Counted from the first letter of the stretch, positions 1-10,188 are shown. The stretch: DNA of 64,000 nucleotides from Vulcanimicrobiota bacterium (GCA_963805945.1 CAWDVP010000006.1:320001-384000); one strand, 5' to 3'. Numbers and translations: made by a program. The notes: generated by a model from the letters alone, not told the origin.

Positions 1-1058
1 TGGTCCCTCCAGTACCCCTTGAAGACCGAGGCGCCCTCGACGAGCAATTCGCCGACCTCGCCCGGGGCCACGGGATCAGATGCGCCCGGGACCACGATAC
101 GCACGCGCATCGCCGGGAACGGCACGCCGACGCTGCCCGCGACCCGCGGACCGCCGTAGCGATTGGTGAGCGCGAAGCCGAACTCGCTGGCGCCATACCG
201 TTCGAGGATGTCCGCGCCGAAGCGCGTGCGAAACGCCTCGAACACATCCGCCGCTAACGCGGCTGAGCCAGAGACCCACAGGCGCAGGGCAGGCGGCGCG
301 TCGGTGCCGAGCTGCTCGAGCAGCCGCACGTACATCGTCGGCACGCCGAAGAACATCGTGACGGCGCTGTCGCGCATCTCCCGCAGCGTCGCCGCCGCGT
401 CGAAGCGCTCGTGGATGATGATGCGACCGCCGGACGCCAGTGAGGAGTTCAACGCGGCGCAGAGGCCGTGCACGTGGAACAGCGGCAGCGAGATGAGCAA
501 CGTGTCGCGCTCGTCCCAGCGCCACGCGGTGGCGATGCTCGCGCAGATGGCCGCCAGATTCCCATGCGTGAGCATCGCGCCTTTGCTCCGCCCCGTGGTG
601 CCGCTGGTATAGATGATCGTGGCGACGTCTTCGGCCCCCGGATCGTGCGGCGACGCCGTGGCCGGGAGCGACGGGTCGATCGCCCAGCGCTCGACGTCAT
701 CCATGTCGAGACGCTCAAAGCGTCCGCCTTCGGTGACGTGTGCGCGCGTCTGTCCGCTCGCGAGCACAAAACGCGCGCCCGAGTCAGCGAGGATGTGCTC
801 GAGGTCTGCGGTACGGTAGAGGACGTTCACGGGGACGACGATCGCACCAAGGCGCAGCGCGGCGAGATAGGCGTAGACGAACCCGATGCGATTCTCGCAG
901 TACAGGGCGACGCGGTCGCCGGCCGCAACGCCGCGCGCCAGCAGCGCGCCCAGCACGCGCAGCGACCCGCGATGCAGCGCATCGTAGCTGACGTCGTTGA
1001 CCGCGAGCGCTTCCCGCCGAACGCTTCGCGACGCGTCGAACAGGTCGAGCACCGTCAT
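1..1058 (-). CDS. AMP-dependent acyl-CoA synthetase (MatB/malonyl-CoA synthetase-like), 3' end outside window
   Basis: Manual translation from ATG 1058: MTVLDLFDAS...GDRVALYCEN...YTSGTTGRSKGAMLTHGNL...LPLFHVHGL...FFGVPTMY; AMP-binding motifs. Confidence 0.85.
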   Translation of the reverse strand, partial: MTVLDLFDASRSVRREALAVNDVSYDALHRGSLRVLGALLARGVAAGDRVALYCENRIGFVYAYLAALRLGAIVVPVNVLYRTADLEHILADSGARFVLASGQTRAHVTEGGRFERLDMDDVERWAIDPSLPATASPHDPGAEDVATIIYTSGTTGRSKGAMLTHGNLAAICASIATAWRWDERDTLLISLPLFHVHGLCAALNSSLASGGRIIIHERFDAAATLREMRDSAVTMFFGVPTMYVRLLEQLGTDAPPALRLWVSGSAALAADVFEAFRTRFGADILERYGASEFGFALTNRYGGPRVAGSVGVPFPAMRVRIVVPGASDPVAPGEVGELLVEGASVFKGYWRD

Positions 1059-1086
1059 GCGCCGGTCGCTCCGCGATCCTGTGTGA

Positions 1087-1803
1087 TCACAACCCGAGAT
1101 ACGCTTTCTGGATCTCGTCGCTTCCGAGCAGCTCATCGCGTGAGCCGGATGCGGTGATCCTGCCGCCTTCAAGCACGTAGCCGCGCGTCGCGAGCTCAAG
1201 CGCTTGCTTGACGTTTTGTTCGACGAGCACGACGGCGACGCCGCTGCCCTGGATGGTCTGGACCGCCGCGAAGAGCTCACCCATGACGACCGGCGCCAGG
1301 CCGAGCGAGGGCTCGTCGAGCATCAAGACCGTCGGTCGCGACATCAGCCCACGCGCGATGGCCACCATCTGCTGCTCGCCGCCCGACAGCGTGCCGGCGG
1401 TCTGACGCCGCCGTTCCTTTATCCGTGGGAACAGGGTGAAGACGCGATCCAGCTCTGCGCCCAGGCCCGCACGGGCGCGCGGCGTGTATGCGCCGAGCAT
1501 GAGATTCTCCTCGACGCTCATCTCAGGCCACAGCCTGCGTCCTTCTGGCACGTGCGCGAGCCCGCGTTCAACGACGCGTGCGGATGAAGCGCGCGTGATA
1601 TCCTCACCGTCGAGCACGATGGCGCCGGCGCTCGCGTCGACGAGACGCGAGATGGTCAACAGCATCGTGGTCTTGCCGGCGCCGTTCGCGCCTAGGATCG
1701 TGACGAGCTCGCCCGCATGCACCTCGAGGGACACGTCGTCGAGCACTCGGACGTCGCCGTAGCCGCTGGACACGTGGTCGAGCGCGAGCAGCGGCCGACT
1801 CAT
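1087..1803 (-). CDS. livF: Branched-chain amino acid-type ABC transporter ATP-binding protein
   Basis: GANGAGKTT, LSGGEQQM, LMLDEPSLGLAP, VEQN. Confidence 0.9.
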   Translation of the reverse strand: MSRPLLALDHVSSGYGDVRVLDDVSLEVHAGELVTILGANGAGKTTMLLTISRLVDASAGAIVLDGEDITRASSARVVERGLAHVPEGRRLWPEMSVEENLMLGAYTPRARAGLGAELDRVFTLFPRIKERRRQTAGTLSGGEQQMVAIARGLMSRPTVLMLDEPSLGLAPVVMGELFAAVQTIQGSGVAVVLVEQNVKQALELATRGYVLEGGRITASGSRDELLGSDEIQKAYLGL

Positions 1804-2549
1804 GCGTGGGCGGTCCCGAGATAGGCGTCGATCACGCCCTGGTCTGCGAGCACGCTCGCCGGATCTCCATCGGCGATCTTCTTGCCCTGCGCCATGACGG
1901 CGATGCGCGAGCACAGCCCCCGCACGGCGCGCAAGTTGTGCTCGACCATGACGATCGTCGTGCCGCGCGCGAGGATCGAGCGGACGAGCTCGATCGTGCG
2001 GTCCGTCTCGGTGTGGTTCAAGCCGGCGAGCACCTCGTCGAGCAGCAGCACGGTCGGGCCGGTGGCGAGCGCGCGTGCGATCTCGAGCCGCTTGCGTCCG
2101 GCCAGCGTGAGCACGCGCGCCGGATCGCCCGCGCGCCCCGCCAGACCGCAGAACTCCAGCACGTCGAGGGCGATCTGACGGGCGTGTTGCGGGTCGTGCG
2201 GGCGGGGCACGCGGCCGTAGAAGGCGCCGACCATCACGTTCTCGAGCACGCTCATGTGCGGGAAGGGCCGCACGATCTGGTGCGTGGAGGCCACGCCCAT
2301 GCGACAGACGCGGTCCGCGCGTCGGCCGGAGATCCGCGCGCCGTTGAAGTCGATCGTGCCGGCATCGGGCGCGTCGATGCCCGCGATCAGCTTGAACAGC
2401 GTCGACTTGCCCGCACCGTTGGGGCCGATGAGCCCGAGTATCTCGCCGGCAGCGACGTCGAGGTCGACATCGGACACCGCGACGAGGCCGCCGAAGCGCC
2501 GGGTGACGCCGCGGACGGAGAGCAACGGTTGCAGCATCGGTTCAACCAT
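1800..2549 (-). CDS. livG: Branched-chain amino acid-type ABC transporter ATP-binding protein
   Basis: RFGGLVAV, GPNGAGKST, LLLDEVLAGL, VEHN; start 2549 or 2537. Confidence 0.9.
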   Translation of the reverse strand: MVEPMLQPLLSVRGVTRRFGGLVAVSDVDLDVAAGEILGLIGPNGAGKSTLFKLIAGIDAPDAGTIDFNGARISGRRADRVCRMGVASTHQIVRPFPHMSVLENVMVGAFYGRVPRPHDPQHARQIALDVLEFCGLAGRAGDPARVLTLAGRKRLEIARALATGPTVLLLDEVLAGLNHTETDRTIELVRSILARGTTIVMVEHNLRAVRGLCSRIAVMAQGKKIADGDPASVLADQGVIDAYLGTAHA

Positions 2550-3504
2550 CGGCGTGCGCGCCGGCGGTGCGCCTCCCGATGCTTCGCCTCTTCGTGAACG
2601 CGTGCCACGCGCCGACGATGCCCTTCGGCTCGAACAGCACGATCGCGATGAGCAGCAGGCCGAACGCGAGCAGGTCGGCGTTGGCGAGCTTGGCGGCGAA
2701 CTCTTCGCGGATGAAGGTGTAGACGATCGCGCCGATGAGCGGGCCCCACACCGTGCCGACGCCGCCGATGATCGGCATGATGACGAGCGCGATCGCGGTC
2801 GAGAAGCCGAACACCGAGTCGGGACTGATGAAGAGGTAGTGCATCGCATAGACGCTGCCGGCGATGCCGACGAGCGCCGCGGAGATCGCGAGGGCCTGCG
2901 TCTTGACGAGCGTCGTCGGCACGCCGAGCGTCTGCGCCGCATCCGTGTCCTGCTTGATCGCCGCGAGCGCGAAACCGAAACGCGAGCGCACGATCCACCA
3001 CGAGATCCCGAAGGCGGCGACGCACAGCGCGAGCGCGCTGAGATATTGGACCGCGGGCGACGGCCCCTCGGCCACGGTGAGCCCCGACGCGCCGCCGGTG
3101 AGTTTGCTCCAGTTGAGGGCGATGAGGCGGGTCGCCTCGCCGATGCCGATCGTGGCGATCGAGAAGTACGGACCGCGCAGCCGGAACGACGGCACGCCGA
3201 CGATGATCGAGAAGAGCGCCGCGAGCGCGCCGGCGAGAGGCAGCGTCGCCCACGGCGACCAGCCCGCTCCCCACAGGATCATCGTCGTGTACGCGCCGAC
3301 ACCGAGGAAGGCCGCGTGCCCGAACGAGATCTGACCGGCGAAGCCGCCGATGATGTTCCACGCCGAGCTCATCGCGCCGTACAGGAAGACGAGGAAGAGC
3401 ACGTCGAGCACGTACTCGGCGTGCGGCGCCGCGAACGGCAGGGCGACGGCGACGAGCAGGATGGCCGCGCCGATCAGCTGCGAGACGAGCCCTTCCTTAG
3501 ACAC
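2542..3504 (-). CDS. livM: Branched-chain amino acid-type ABC transporter permease
   Basis: WNIIGGFAGQISFGHAAF, RLRGPYF, IGGVGTVWGP; GTG start inferred. Confidence 0.88.
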   Translation of the reverse strand: MSKEGLVSQLIGAAILLVAVALPFAAPHAEYVLDVLFLVFLYGAMSSAWNIIGGFAGQISFGHAAFLGVGAYTTMILWGAGWSPWATLPLAGALAALFSIIVGVPSFRLRGPYFSIATIGIGEATRLIALNWSKLTGGASGLTVAEGPSPAVQYLSALALCVAAFGISWWIVRSRFGFALAAIKQDTDAAQTLGVPTTLVKTQALAISAALVGIAGSVYAMHYLFISPDSVFGFSTAIALVIMPIIGGVGTVWGPLIGAIVYTFIREEFAAKLANADLLAFGLLLIAIVLFEPKGIVGAWHAFTKRRSIGRRTAGAHADG

Positions 3505-4372
3505 CGCTTTTGCGCCGCAAGAGCCCGGCGATGCCTTTCGGGAAGGCGATGAGCACGACGACGAGCAGGACGAAGGAGATGAGGTTCTGCAGCGACGCCG
3601 GCATGTAGCGGACCCCGAACGCTTCAGCAATCGCGAGCGTGATCGATCCGAACGCCACCCCGGCGAACGAGTCGAGACCGCCGAGCACGACGATGCAGAA
3701 CGACTTGAGCGTGAGCGTCCGGCCGAAGTCCGGATTGAACGAGTAGAGCAGCGAGAACAGCGATCCGGCGAGGCCGAGCAGCGCGATCCCGATGCCGAAC
3801 GCGATCGCATTGACCCGCTTCACGTCGATGCCGACGAGGCGCGACGCGTCGCGGTCCTGCGCGATCGAGCGGATCGCGCGTCCGAGATGCGTGCGCGTGA
3901 GCAGCAGCAGCATCGCGACGAGGGTGAGCGTGCCGATCGCGAACACGTACACGCGCGCCCACGGGATGACGATATCCCCGCGCTGGAAGACGGCGTCCGA
4001 CAGCGGGATGGTGATCGATCTGGTGTCGCCGGTGAACAGCAGATACGCGACGTTCTGCAGCACGAGCCAGACGCCGAACAGGAGCAGCAGCGAGATGATC
4101 GGCTCCTGGTCGACGACGCGTTGGATCATGGTGCGTTCCATGGCCACCCCGATGAGGAAGAACACCGGGATGATGATGAGCGGTGCGAGCAGCGGGCTCA
4201 AGCCGAACGCCGACCACATCCACCAGGTCGCATAGGCGCCTATCATAAGGAAGCCGGCGTTGGCGAGGTTTACGATCTTGAGGACGCCGTAGATGAGCGC
4301 GAGGCTGTATGACATCGTCGCGTACAGACCGGCGACGAGCAACGCTGAGATGAGAGTCGATACGGTGTCCAT
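3497..4372 (-). CDS. livH: Branched-chain amino acid-type ABC transporter permease
   Basis: LIYGVLKIVNLA, GRAIRSIAQD, VVLGGL; hydrophobic profile. Confidence 0.88.
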   Translation of the reverse strand: MDTVSTLISALLVAGLYATMSYSLALIYGVLKIVNLANAGFLMIGAYATWWMWSAFGLSPLLAPLIIIPVFFLIGVAMERTMIQRVVDQEPIISLLLLFGVWLVLQNVAYLLFTGDTRSITIPLSDAVFQRGDIVIPWARVYVFAIGTLTLVAMLLLLTRTHLGRAIRSIAQDRDASRLVGIDVKRVNAIAFGIGIALLGLAGSLFSLLYSFNPDFGRTLTLKSFCIVVLGGLDSFAGVAFGSITLAIAEAFGVRYMPASLQNLISFVLLVVVLIAFPKGIAGLLRRKSGV

Positions 4373-4449
4373 CTCCGCCCGGCTACGGTCAGCGAGGCGC
4401 GCCGACCTGCGCTGGACAGGTCAACGCGCCGAGCTGAACCCGTTCGCTG

Positions 4450-5688
4450 TCACGGCATCGGGAGAACGGGTTTCCCGGTCGCCTCGCTCAGGGGCCAGAC
4501 CACGATCACCGATCCGGCCGGCAGATTCTGCGTCACCACGAACGGCAAGTTCACCTGGCCGTCGGCCTGGAACTTGACGACGCCGGTGGGCATGAGCGTG
4601 CCCTTCAGGTCGGTCCTGCGCAGCGCATCGACCACCTGGGCTTTGTCCGTCGTCCCCGCGGTCGTGAGGCCTAAGAATAAGACCTGTGCCGTCTCGTAGG
4701 GGAGCGCCGAAAACCACTCCGGGGACATGGTCGGGTATGCGGCGGCCCACTTCGCCACGAACGCCTTCACGGCGGGTCCGGGCAACTGATTGCTCCACCA
4801 GCTCGCCGCGACGATGTAGTCGACCCCGTCGCCGAGCGCCTCGCGCGCCGCCTTCTCGGGACCACGCGCGCCGTAGGTGACGAACTTGTTATGCAGGCCG
4901 GCCTGCTTGTATTGCCGCTGCATCGTGATGTAATCGTCGAGGTGCGCGTCGGCCATGAACGCGTCGGCGTTCGCGGCCTTCACTTTGGAGAGCAGCGGCG
5001 AGAAGTCTTTGCCGTGCAGGTCGAACGCCTCGCTCATCGCGATCTGGAAGTTCTGCGGATACTTGCTGGCGCATTGGCCGAGACCGTCGTTGAAATCGAC
5101 GCCGTGCGGCGTGTTCTCGTACACGATCGCCATCTTCAGCGGCTTCGGCAGCTTGCCGTCCGCCTGCATCTTCTCGATGAAGTCGCATTCGGTGAGAGCG
5201 AGCGATTGGATCGAGGCGAGCAGGCCGAAGATCGTGGTGAAGCCGCGCTGGTAGATCTTGGTGGCCGCGCCGCCGCCGTTGACATACGGGATCTTGTCCT
5301 GCTGCGCGACGACGGTCTGCGCCATGATGAGGTCGGTCGAGTATCCGCCCAAGAACGCGTCGACGTGATCCTGCACCGCGAGCCGCTCGTAGAGATCGCG
5401 CGAGGTCGCCGCATCCGTCTTGTCGTCATAGGTGATGAGCCTGACCGGCAGCTTCTTGCCGTACGTCTTCATATACAAGCCGCCTTGGTCGTTGACTTCT
5501 TTGACGGCGAGCTCGTACGCGGCCTTGAAATAGGTGCCGACGCGGCTCTCTTCTCCGGTCAACGGAAGGGCGGCGCCGATGACGATCTCGGTAGGGCCGC
5601 TCGACGTGTCCGCCGCTCTGACCGCGTTGGCGGCGGGAAGCAGCGCACATGCGAGAACGATGCAGACACTGACTGCGCGGCGTATCAT
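4450..5688 (-). CDS. ABC transporter substrate-binding protein (LivJ/K-like, PBP type 1)
   Basis: Signal peptide, IVIGAALPLTG, YDDKTD; GAGGAGGG RBS before ATG 5688. Confidence 0.88.
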   Translation of the reverse strand: MIRRAVSVCIVLACALLPAANAVRAADTSSGPTEIVIGAALPLTGEESRVGTYFKAAYELAVKEVNDQGGLYMKTYGKKLPVRLITYDDKTDAATSRDLYERLAVQDHVDAFLGGYSTDLIMAQTVVAQQDKIPYVNGGGAATKIYQRGFTTIFGLLASIQSLALTECDFIEKMQADGKLPKPLKMAIVYENTPHGVDFNDGLGQCASKYPQNFQIAMSEAFDLHGKDFSPLLSKVKAANADAFMADAHLDDYITMQRQYKQAGLHNKFVTYGARGPEKAAREALGDGVDYIVAASWWSNQLPGPAVKAFVAKWAAAYPTMSPEWFSALPYETAQVLFLGLTTAGTTDKAQVVDALRRTDLKGTLMPTGVVKFQADGQVNLPFVVTQNLPAGSVIVVWPLSEATGKPVLPMP

Positions 5689-5920
5689 AGGTCCCTCCTC
5701 GACGGGTGAGAGAGTGCGAAAACCGGCGGTCTCCTGACCCCGGTCACCCTTCAGGGGATGGTTTTGCAAAGCGCACCCCGGTCCTTCACGACGCAGATAG
5801 GCACCTTGTCAAGCGGGTCGCCGCATATCACAGTCGTCGCGAAGCGGAGGTGGGGCCGCGCGGACGAGCAAAGGGAATCAGCCTTGCCGGCAAACGGCCC
5901 GCTTTCTTTGGGAGTGCTAT

Positions 5921-6877
5921 ATGATCGTGCGAACGGCCTTGGTTTCGAGTCTGATGCTTGTACTCGTCGCTTGCAGCTCCAGCTCGACATCGACGTCACC
6001 CACGCCCACGCCAATCCCGCAGATGCTGTACGTGGGCAACACGAACGTGGCTGCGCGGAGCATAGTGACATTTCCGCTGACGGCGAGCGGCAACGCAGCG
6101 CCCGCAACGACCATCAGCGGCGCGCTCACAAATGTGACCGATCCGCTGGGCGTCGCCGTGGATTCCGCCGGTTTCATCTACGAGGCCGATTACAACGGCA
6201 ACAAGAACATCCAGGTCTTCAGCCCGGGCGCGACAGGCAACGTCGCCCCGGCGCGGACGATCACCGGCCTGAGTGATCCCCTCGGCCTTGCGGTCGATAG
6301 CGCGGGGGATCTCTATGTCGCGGATCGCGGCGCCACAGACGTGAAGGTGTTCGCGCCCGGCGCGAATGGAGCTGCGGTTCCCATCCGGACGGTCAGCGTC
6401 GCGGCGGCCGGTCTCACCGACGTCAGCTACGTCGCGCTCGACGGCGTGGGCAACATGTACGTCTCGGGCGAGAACAGCGGCCACATCGCCGTCTACCCGA
6501 CCTCGGCGAACGGCAATCCAGTGCCGCTGCACAACATCGGCGGAGCTCTCACCACATTGGTCAACCCGTACGGCATGGCGTTGGATGCGGCGAACAACCT
6601 CTACGTCGCGGACTACAACACGCTCAAGATAAGCGTCTTCCCGCTCGGAGCCGACGGGAACGTCGCGCCGGCGCGCTCGATCACCAGTTCCGGGCCTGCG
6701 TTCGTCAACATCTACGTGCCGGCCGTCGACAATCTGGGGAACATCTGGGTCGACGACAACAACACTAACACGATCTTCGAGTTCCCTGCGGGCGCGAATG
6801 GTGCGACCGCGCCGACGAAGACCATCACCGGTGCCGCCACGGGTCTCAGTGCGCCGTGGGGGATGACTATCCACTGA
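5921..6877 (+). CDS. Lipoprotein with NHL-like beta-propeller repeats
   Basis: Lipobox LVAC, Ser/Thr/Pro linker, about six repeats of PxGxAxDxxGNxYVAD...GAxGNxAPxRTI. Confidence 0.8.
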   Translation: MIVRTALVSSLMLVLVACSSSSTSTSPTPTPIPQMLYVGNTNVAARSIVTFPLTASGNAAPATTISGALTNVTDPLGVAVDSAGFIYEADYNGNKNIQVFSPGATGNVAPARTITGLSDPLGLAVDSAGDLYVADRGATDVKVFAPGANGAAVPIRTVSVAAAGLTDVSYVALDGVGNMYVSGENSGHIAVYPTSANGNPVPLHNIGGALTTLVNPYGMALDAANNLYVADYNTLKISVFPLGADGNVAPARSITSSGPAFVNIYVPAVDNLGNIWVDDNNTNTIFEFPAGANGATAPTKTITGAATGLSAPWGMTIH

Positions 6878-6897
6878 TCTCGCGCGACAGCGCTCAT

Positions 6898-6941
6898 AAA
6901 AAAGCCCGCATCGCTTCACGCGCTGCGGGCTTCGTTTCTTT
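6898..6941. terminator. Bidirectional intrinsic terminator
   Basis: A-tract, stem AAGCCCGCA/TGCGGGCTT, T-rich tail, between convergent lipoprotein gene and tRNA-Pro. Confidence 0.7.
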
Positions 6942-7015
6942 CGGGCCGACTGGATTCGAACCAGCGGTCTCCTGACCCCCAGTCAGGCGCGATAACCAAG
7001 CTTCGCTACGGCCCG
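6941..7015 (-). tRNA. tRNA-Pro(GGG)
   Basis: Cloverleaf CGGGCCGTAGCG...CCTGA-CTGGGGG-TCAGG...GGTTCGAATCC...CGGCCCGA. Confidence 0.95.
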
Positions 7016-7071
7016 ATAGATTGGCATGCGGTTTTCCGCCTGCGGGAACATCCCACCTTTCCGCCCTTCTG

Positions 7072-7638
7072 CTACGGCTTGGACTCACCGAAGTATTGGA
7101 GCATGAAGCTGGTGACGTCATCGACCCCCGCTTGGTCGTGGCGTTTGTTGTACTCCACCGTCGCCGCGACGAGGTCCGCCCTCGCGGCATTCTCGTCGTG
7201 CAGCATCGCTTCGCATTTCCCGCGCGCGAACAGCCCGTCGGGGTCATCGGGTTGCAACTGCAACTGCACGTTGAAATCAGCTATCGCGGACTTGCAGTCG
7301 CCGAGGTGGGCGTACGCCATGCCTCGATTGTAGTGCGAGTCCGGATCGTTGGGGAAATGCTGCAGATACAGCGACAGATCCGCGATGGTGTTGCGCCAAT
7401 CCGCCATCTTGTAGTACACTTCACCGCGCGCGAAGTAGGCTTCCCAGTAGTCGGGAGCCAGCTGCATCGCACGTGCGCAGTCGGCCTCCACGCCGGCGAA
7501 GTCGCCGCTGTTCATCTTGGCAGGCGTGCTCGCGAGACACGGGGACGCAACGGGACTGGTCGAGCCGTTGCCACCGCTCGCAGCGGTCGTCAACAGCAAG
7601 ACCAGCGCCAGTCCGAAGCCCTGGACCATGCGCCGCAT
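7072..7638 (-). CDS. Secreted TPR-repeat protein
   Basis: Signal peptide; TPR motifs AYFARG, HYNRGMAY, LFARG. Confidence 0.8.
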   Translation of the reverse strand: MRRMVQGFGLALVLLLTTAASGGNGSTSPVASPCLASTPAKMNSGDFAGVEADCARAMQLAPDYWEAYFARGEVYYKMADWRNTIADLSLYLQHFPNDPDSHYNRGMAYAHLGDCKSAIADFNVQLQLQPDDPDGLFARGKCEAMLHDENAARADLVAATVEYNKRHDQAGVDDVTSFMLQYFGESKP

Positions 7639-7687
7639 GAACCGTGCTTACCTCTCGTGCCCGAGGACGCCTTTTCGGAGCAGGAGC

Positions 7688-9010
7688 TCAGCTGCCCAGC
7701 GCGGGGAAGATCACCTGAAGCGTCGACACCACGGTGAGCAGGCCGACGATGATCACCGTCGCCCACGCGATGATATTGAAGAGCAGCGAGTTCGTGTAGT
7801 TCCCCATCAGGGTGCGGTTGTTGATGAGGATCAGCATGAGCACGAGCACCAACGGCAGCAACGCGCCATTGAACACCTGCGAGTAGAAGATGATCCCTAG
7901 CAGCGGCGCGTGCGGGATGAGCACGACGCTCGCGCCGATGACGATGAGCGCCGCATAGAGCCCATAGAAGAACGGCGCTTCCCGGAACTTCTTGCTGACG
8001 CCGGATTCGAAGCCGAACGCCTCGCAGACGTAGTACGCGGTGGAGAGCGGCAGGATCGAGGCGGTGAAGATCGCCGCGTTGAGCAACCCGATCGCGAACA
8101 GGATCGACGCGTACTTGCTCGCCAGCGGCGCGAGCGCGGCGGCGAGCTTCGCGACGTCGTCGACCACGATCTGACCCTGCGGCGCGGCGTGCACGTTGTG
8201 CACGTAGATGGTCGCCGCGCTCGCGACCATGATGAAGAACGCGATGAAGTCGGTGAAGAGCGCGCCCGTCACCACGTCGATGCGCGAATACGTCAGCTCA
8301 GACGCCTTGACGCCTTTCTCGACGATCGCCGATTGGATGTAGAACTGCATCCACGGCGAGATGGTAGTGCCGATGATCGCGATCACCATGAGCAGGTACG
8401 CCTTGCTCGGCGTGAAGTGCGGCCACACGAACTGCGTGAGCACCTCGTGCCAGTCCGGCCGCACAAGGATGCAGCTCACCACATACGTGAGGTAGACGAA
8501 GCAGAAGAAAAAGAACACCTTCTCGACGGCCGCGTAATTGCCGCGCGTGACGACGACGAAGACGAAGATGGCCACCACCGGCACGAGCAGATACTTGGTC
8601 ATCCATGGAAGATAGGCGTGGAAGACGCCGGCTGCCGACGCCGCGCCGGCGAACTCCGAGGTGATCGTGCCGATGTTGCCGAGCACGAAGAGCAGCAGCA
8701 CCCAAAAAGTGAGCCTCACGCCGAAGTTCTCGCGGATGAGATCGGCGAGGCCTTTGCCGGTCACCGCGCCCATGCGCGCGCACATCTCCTGGATGACGAG
8801 CAGCGCCACCGTCACCGGGATGAGGATCCATAGCTGCGTGTAGCCGAACTGGGCGCCGGAGAGCGAGTACGTCGTGATACCGCCGACATCGTTGTCCGCG
8901 TTCGCGGTGATGATGCCGGGTCCGACCACCGACAGGAACATGAGAATCGAGCGCCAGACGCTTGGTCTGGGCGCTGCGAGTCTATCGCCGGCCTTTTGCG
9001 CTATTGCCAT
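7688..9010 (-). CDS. Nramp-family divalent metal transporter, probable Mg2+-type (NRMT)
   Basis: GPGIITANADNDVGGITTYS, QEMCARMG, IGTTISPWM; lacks the canonical DPGN; M-box upstream. Confidence 0.85.
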   Translation of the reverse strand: MAIAQKAGDRLAAPRPSVWRSILMFLSVVGPGIITANADNDVGGITTYSLSGAQFGYTQLWILIPVTVALLVIQEMCARMGAVTGKGLADLIRENFGVRLTFWVLLLFVLGNIGTITSEFAGAASAAGVFHAYLPWMTKYLLVPVVAIFVFVVVTRGNYAAVEKVFFFFCFVYLTYVVSCILVRPDWHEVLTQFVWPHFTPSKAYLLMVIAIIGTTISPWMQFYIQSAIVEKGVKASELTYSRIDVVTGALFTDFIAFFIMVASAATIYVHNVHAAPQGQIVVDDVAKLAAALAPLASKYASILFAIGLLNAAIFTASILPLSTAYYVCEAFGFESGVSKKFREAPFFYGLYAALIVIGASVVLIPHAPLLGIIFYSQVFNGALLPLVLVLMLILINNRTLMGNYTNSLLFNIIAWATVIIVGLLTVVSTLQVIFPALGS

Positions 9011-9013
9011 GAG

Positions 9014-9172
9014 ACCTCATACGTTGAGTTTTGGCACGACGCGCCATAAAGTCAGCCTGACTTAGCCGTCATAGATACCGCCTTATTTCGGCGGTGCCTG
9101 GTCACCCATTGGGGTCTCTCGACCTTTCCGGGTAGCGGCCTCTCTGCGTGTCGACGCCTCACCTAACGAGGT
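9014..9172 (-). ncRNA. M-box (ykoK) Mg2+-sensing riboswitch
   Basis: Minus strand CTCGTTAGGTGAGGC...CCCGGAAAGGTCGAGAGACCCCAATGGGT...ATAAGG...GTGCCAAAACTCAACG..TGAGG follows the ykoK consensus order. Confidence 0.9.
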
Positions 9173-9184
9173 GTTTCCTCGACG

Positions 9185-9214
9185 ATTTTACCTCTGGCCC
9201 GCGCGGGGCGTCAA
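9185..9214 (-). promoter_or_regulatory. Sigma70-type promoter for M-box/Nramp transcript
   Basis: TTGACG-N18-TAAAAT just upstream of the riboswitch. Confidence 0.65.
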
Positions 9215-9238
9215 CCCCGCGTTTCGCGGACACGAAAA

Positions 9239-9264
9239 GGGCCGACCTAAAGGTCGGCCCCTAC
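9239..9264 (-). repeat. REP-like palindrome family B (GTAGGGGCCGACC-loop-GGTCGGCC)
   Basis: Related copies at 22599 and 36250. Confidence 0.75.
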
Positions 9265-9284
9265 ATGCCATCGGCGTGGGATGA

Positions 9285-9572
9285 CTACTTCTTTTTGCCC
9301 TTGTTGACGCTCTCGCGCAGATCCTTACCGGGATGGAACGCCGGCACCGTCCGCGCCGCGATGACGAGCTTCTCGCCGGTCTTCGGGTTGCGGCCTTCGC
9401 GCGCCTTACGCTTGCGTGTCTCGAAGCTGCCGAACGGGATGAGCTGCACTTTTTCGCCCTTTTGCAGCGCCCCTTTGATGGACTCCAGCAGCGTATCGAC
9501 GATGTGCGTCACGTCGCGCTTGGTCAGCTCCGTCTTCTCCGCAACTTCCTCGATCAGCTCAGCCTTGGTCAT
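9285..9572 (-). CDS. hup: DNA-binding protein HU
   Basis: MTKAELI...FGSFETRKRKAREGRNPKTGE...PAFHPGK. Confidence 0.95.
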   Translation of the reverse strand: MTKAELIEEVAEKTELTKRDVTHIVDTLLESIKGALQKGEKVQLIPFGSFETRKRKAREGRNPKTGEKLVIAARTVPAFHPGKDLRESVNKGKKK

Positions 9573-9661
9573 CGGTTACCCTCCACATAGATGATGTACT
9601 CAATAAAGTGCGTGTACCTGCTCTTAGCCGCAGCGCCCGTGATTCCTGCCCTTGCGAGCGC

Positions 9662-10111
9662 TCAACGCTTTATTTCATCGAGCATTCCCGCTGCCGCGCG
9701 CAACGCGAGGAGGTAGGAATCGACGCCGAAACCGGCGACGGTGCCGTGCACCACGGGCGCGATCACCGAACGTCGGCGGAACGCCTCACGCGCGTAGATA
9801 TTCGTCAGGTGGACTTCGATCACGGGGACGGGGACCGCCGCGATCGCGTCGCGCAGCGCGTAGGAGTAGTGGGTGTACGCCGCCGGGTTGATGATGATGG
9901 CGCGATCCTGCGAGGCCGCCAGGTGGATCGCCGCGATGAGCTCTCCCTCCCCCTGGTGCTGCTCGATGCTCACTTCGAGCTTCAGCTCGCGCGCGAGCGT
10001 GCGGATCGCCGCATCGACCTGGGCGAGGGTGAGCGGGCCGTAGACCTCCGGTTCCCGGCTGCCGAGCGCGTTGAGATTTGGGCCGTGGAGGACGACGACA
10101 TGACGCTGCAT
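9662..10111 (-). CDS. aroQ: Type II 3-dehydroquinate dehydratase
   Basis: HGPNLNALGSREPEVYG, INPAAYTHYS, EVHLTN. Confidence 0.95.
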   Translation of the reverse strand: MQRHVVVLHGPNLNALGSREPEVYGPLTLAQVDAAIRTLARELKLEVSIEQHQGEGELIAAIHLAASQDRAIIINPAAYTHYSYALRDAIAAVPVPVIEVHLTNIYAREAFRRRSVIAPVVHGTVAGFGVDSYLLALRAAAGMLDEIKR

Positions 10112-10188
10112 CGCGGCGCATTTCGCGCGGCCGCTGTGCGACACCTCGACAAGAGGGAGCCGCACCGCCGGCCGAAAAATCCGCTGCT

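Noticed and set aside
9620..9655. SigH-type promoter upstream of hup
   Set aside because: GCAGGAAT resembles the -35 element but there is no GAAT -10 at suitable spacing.
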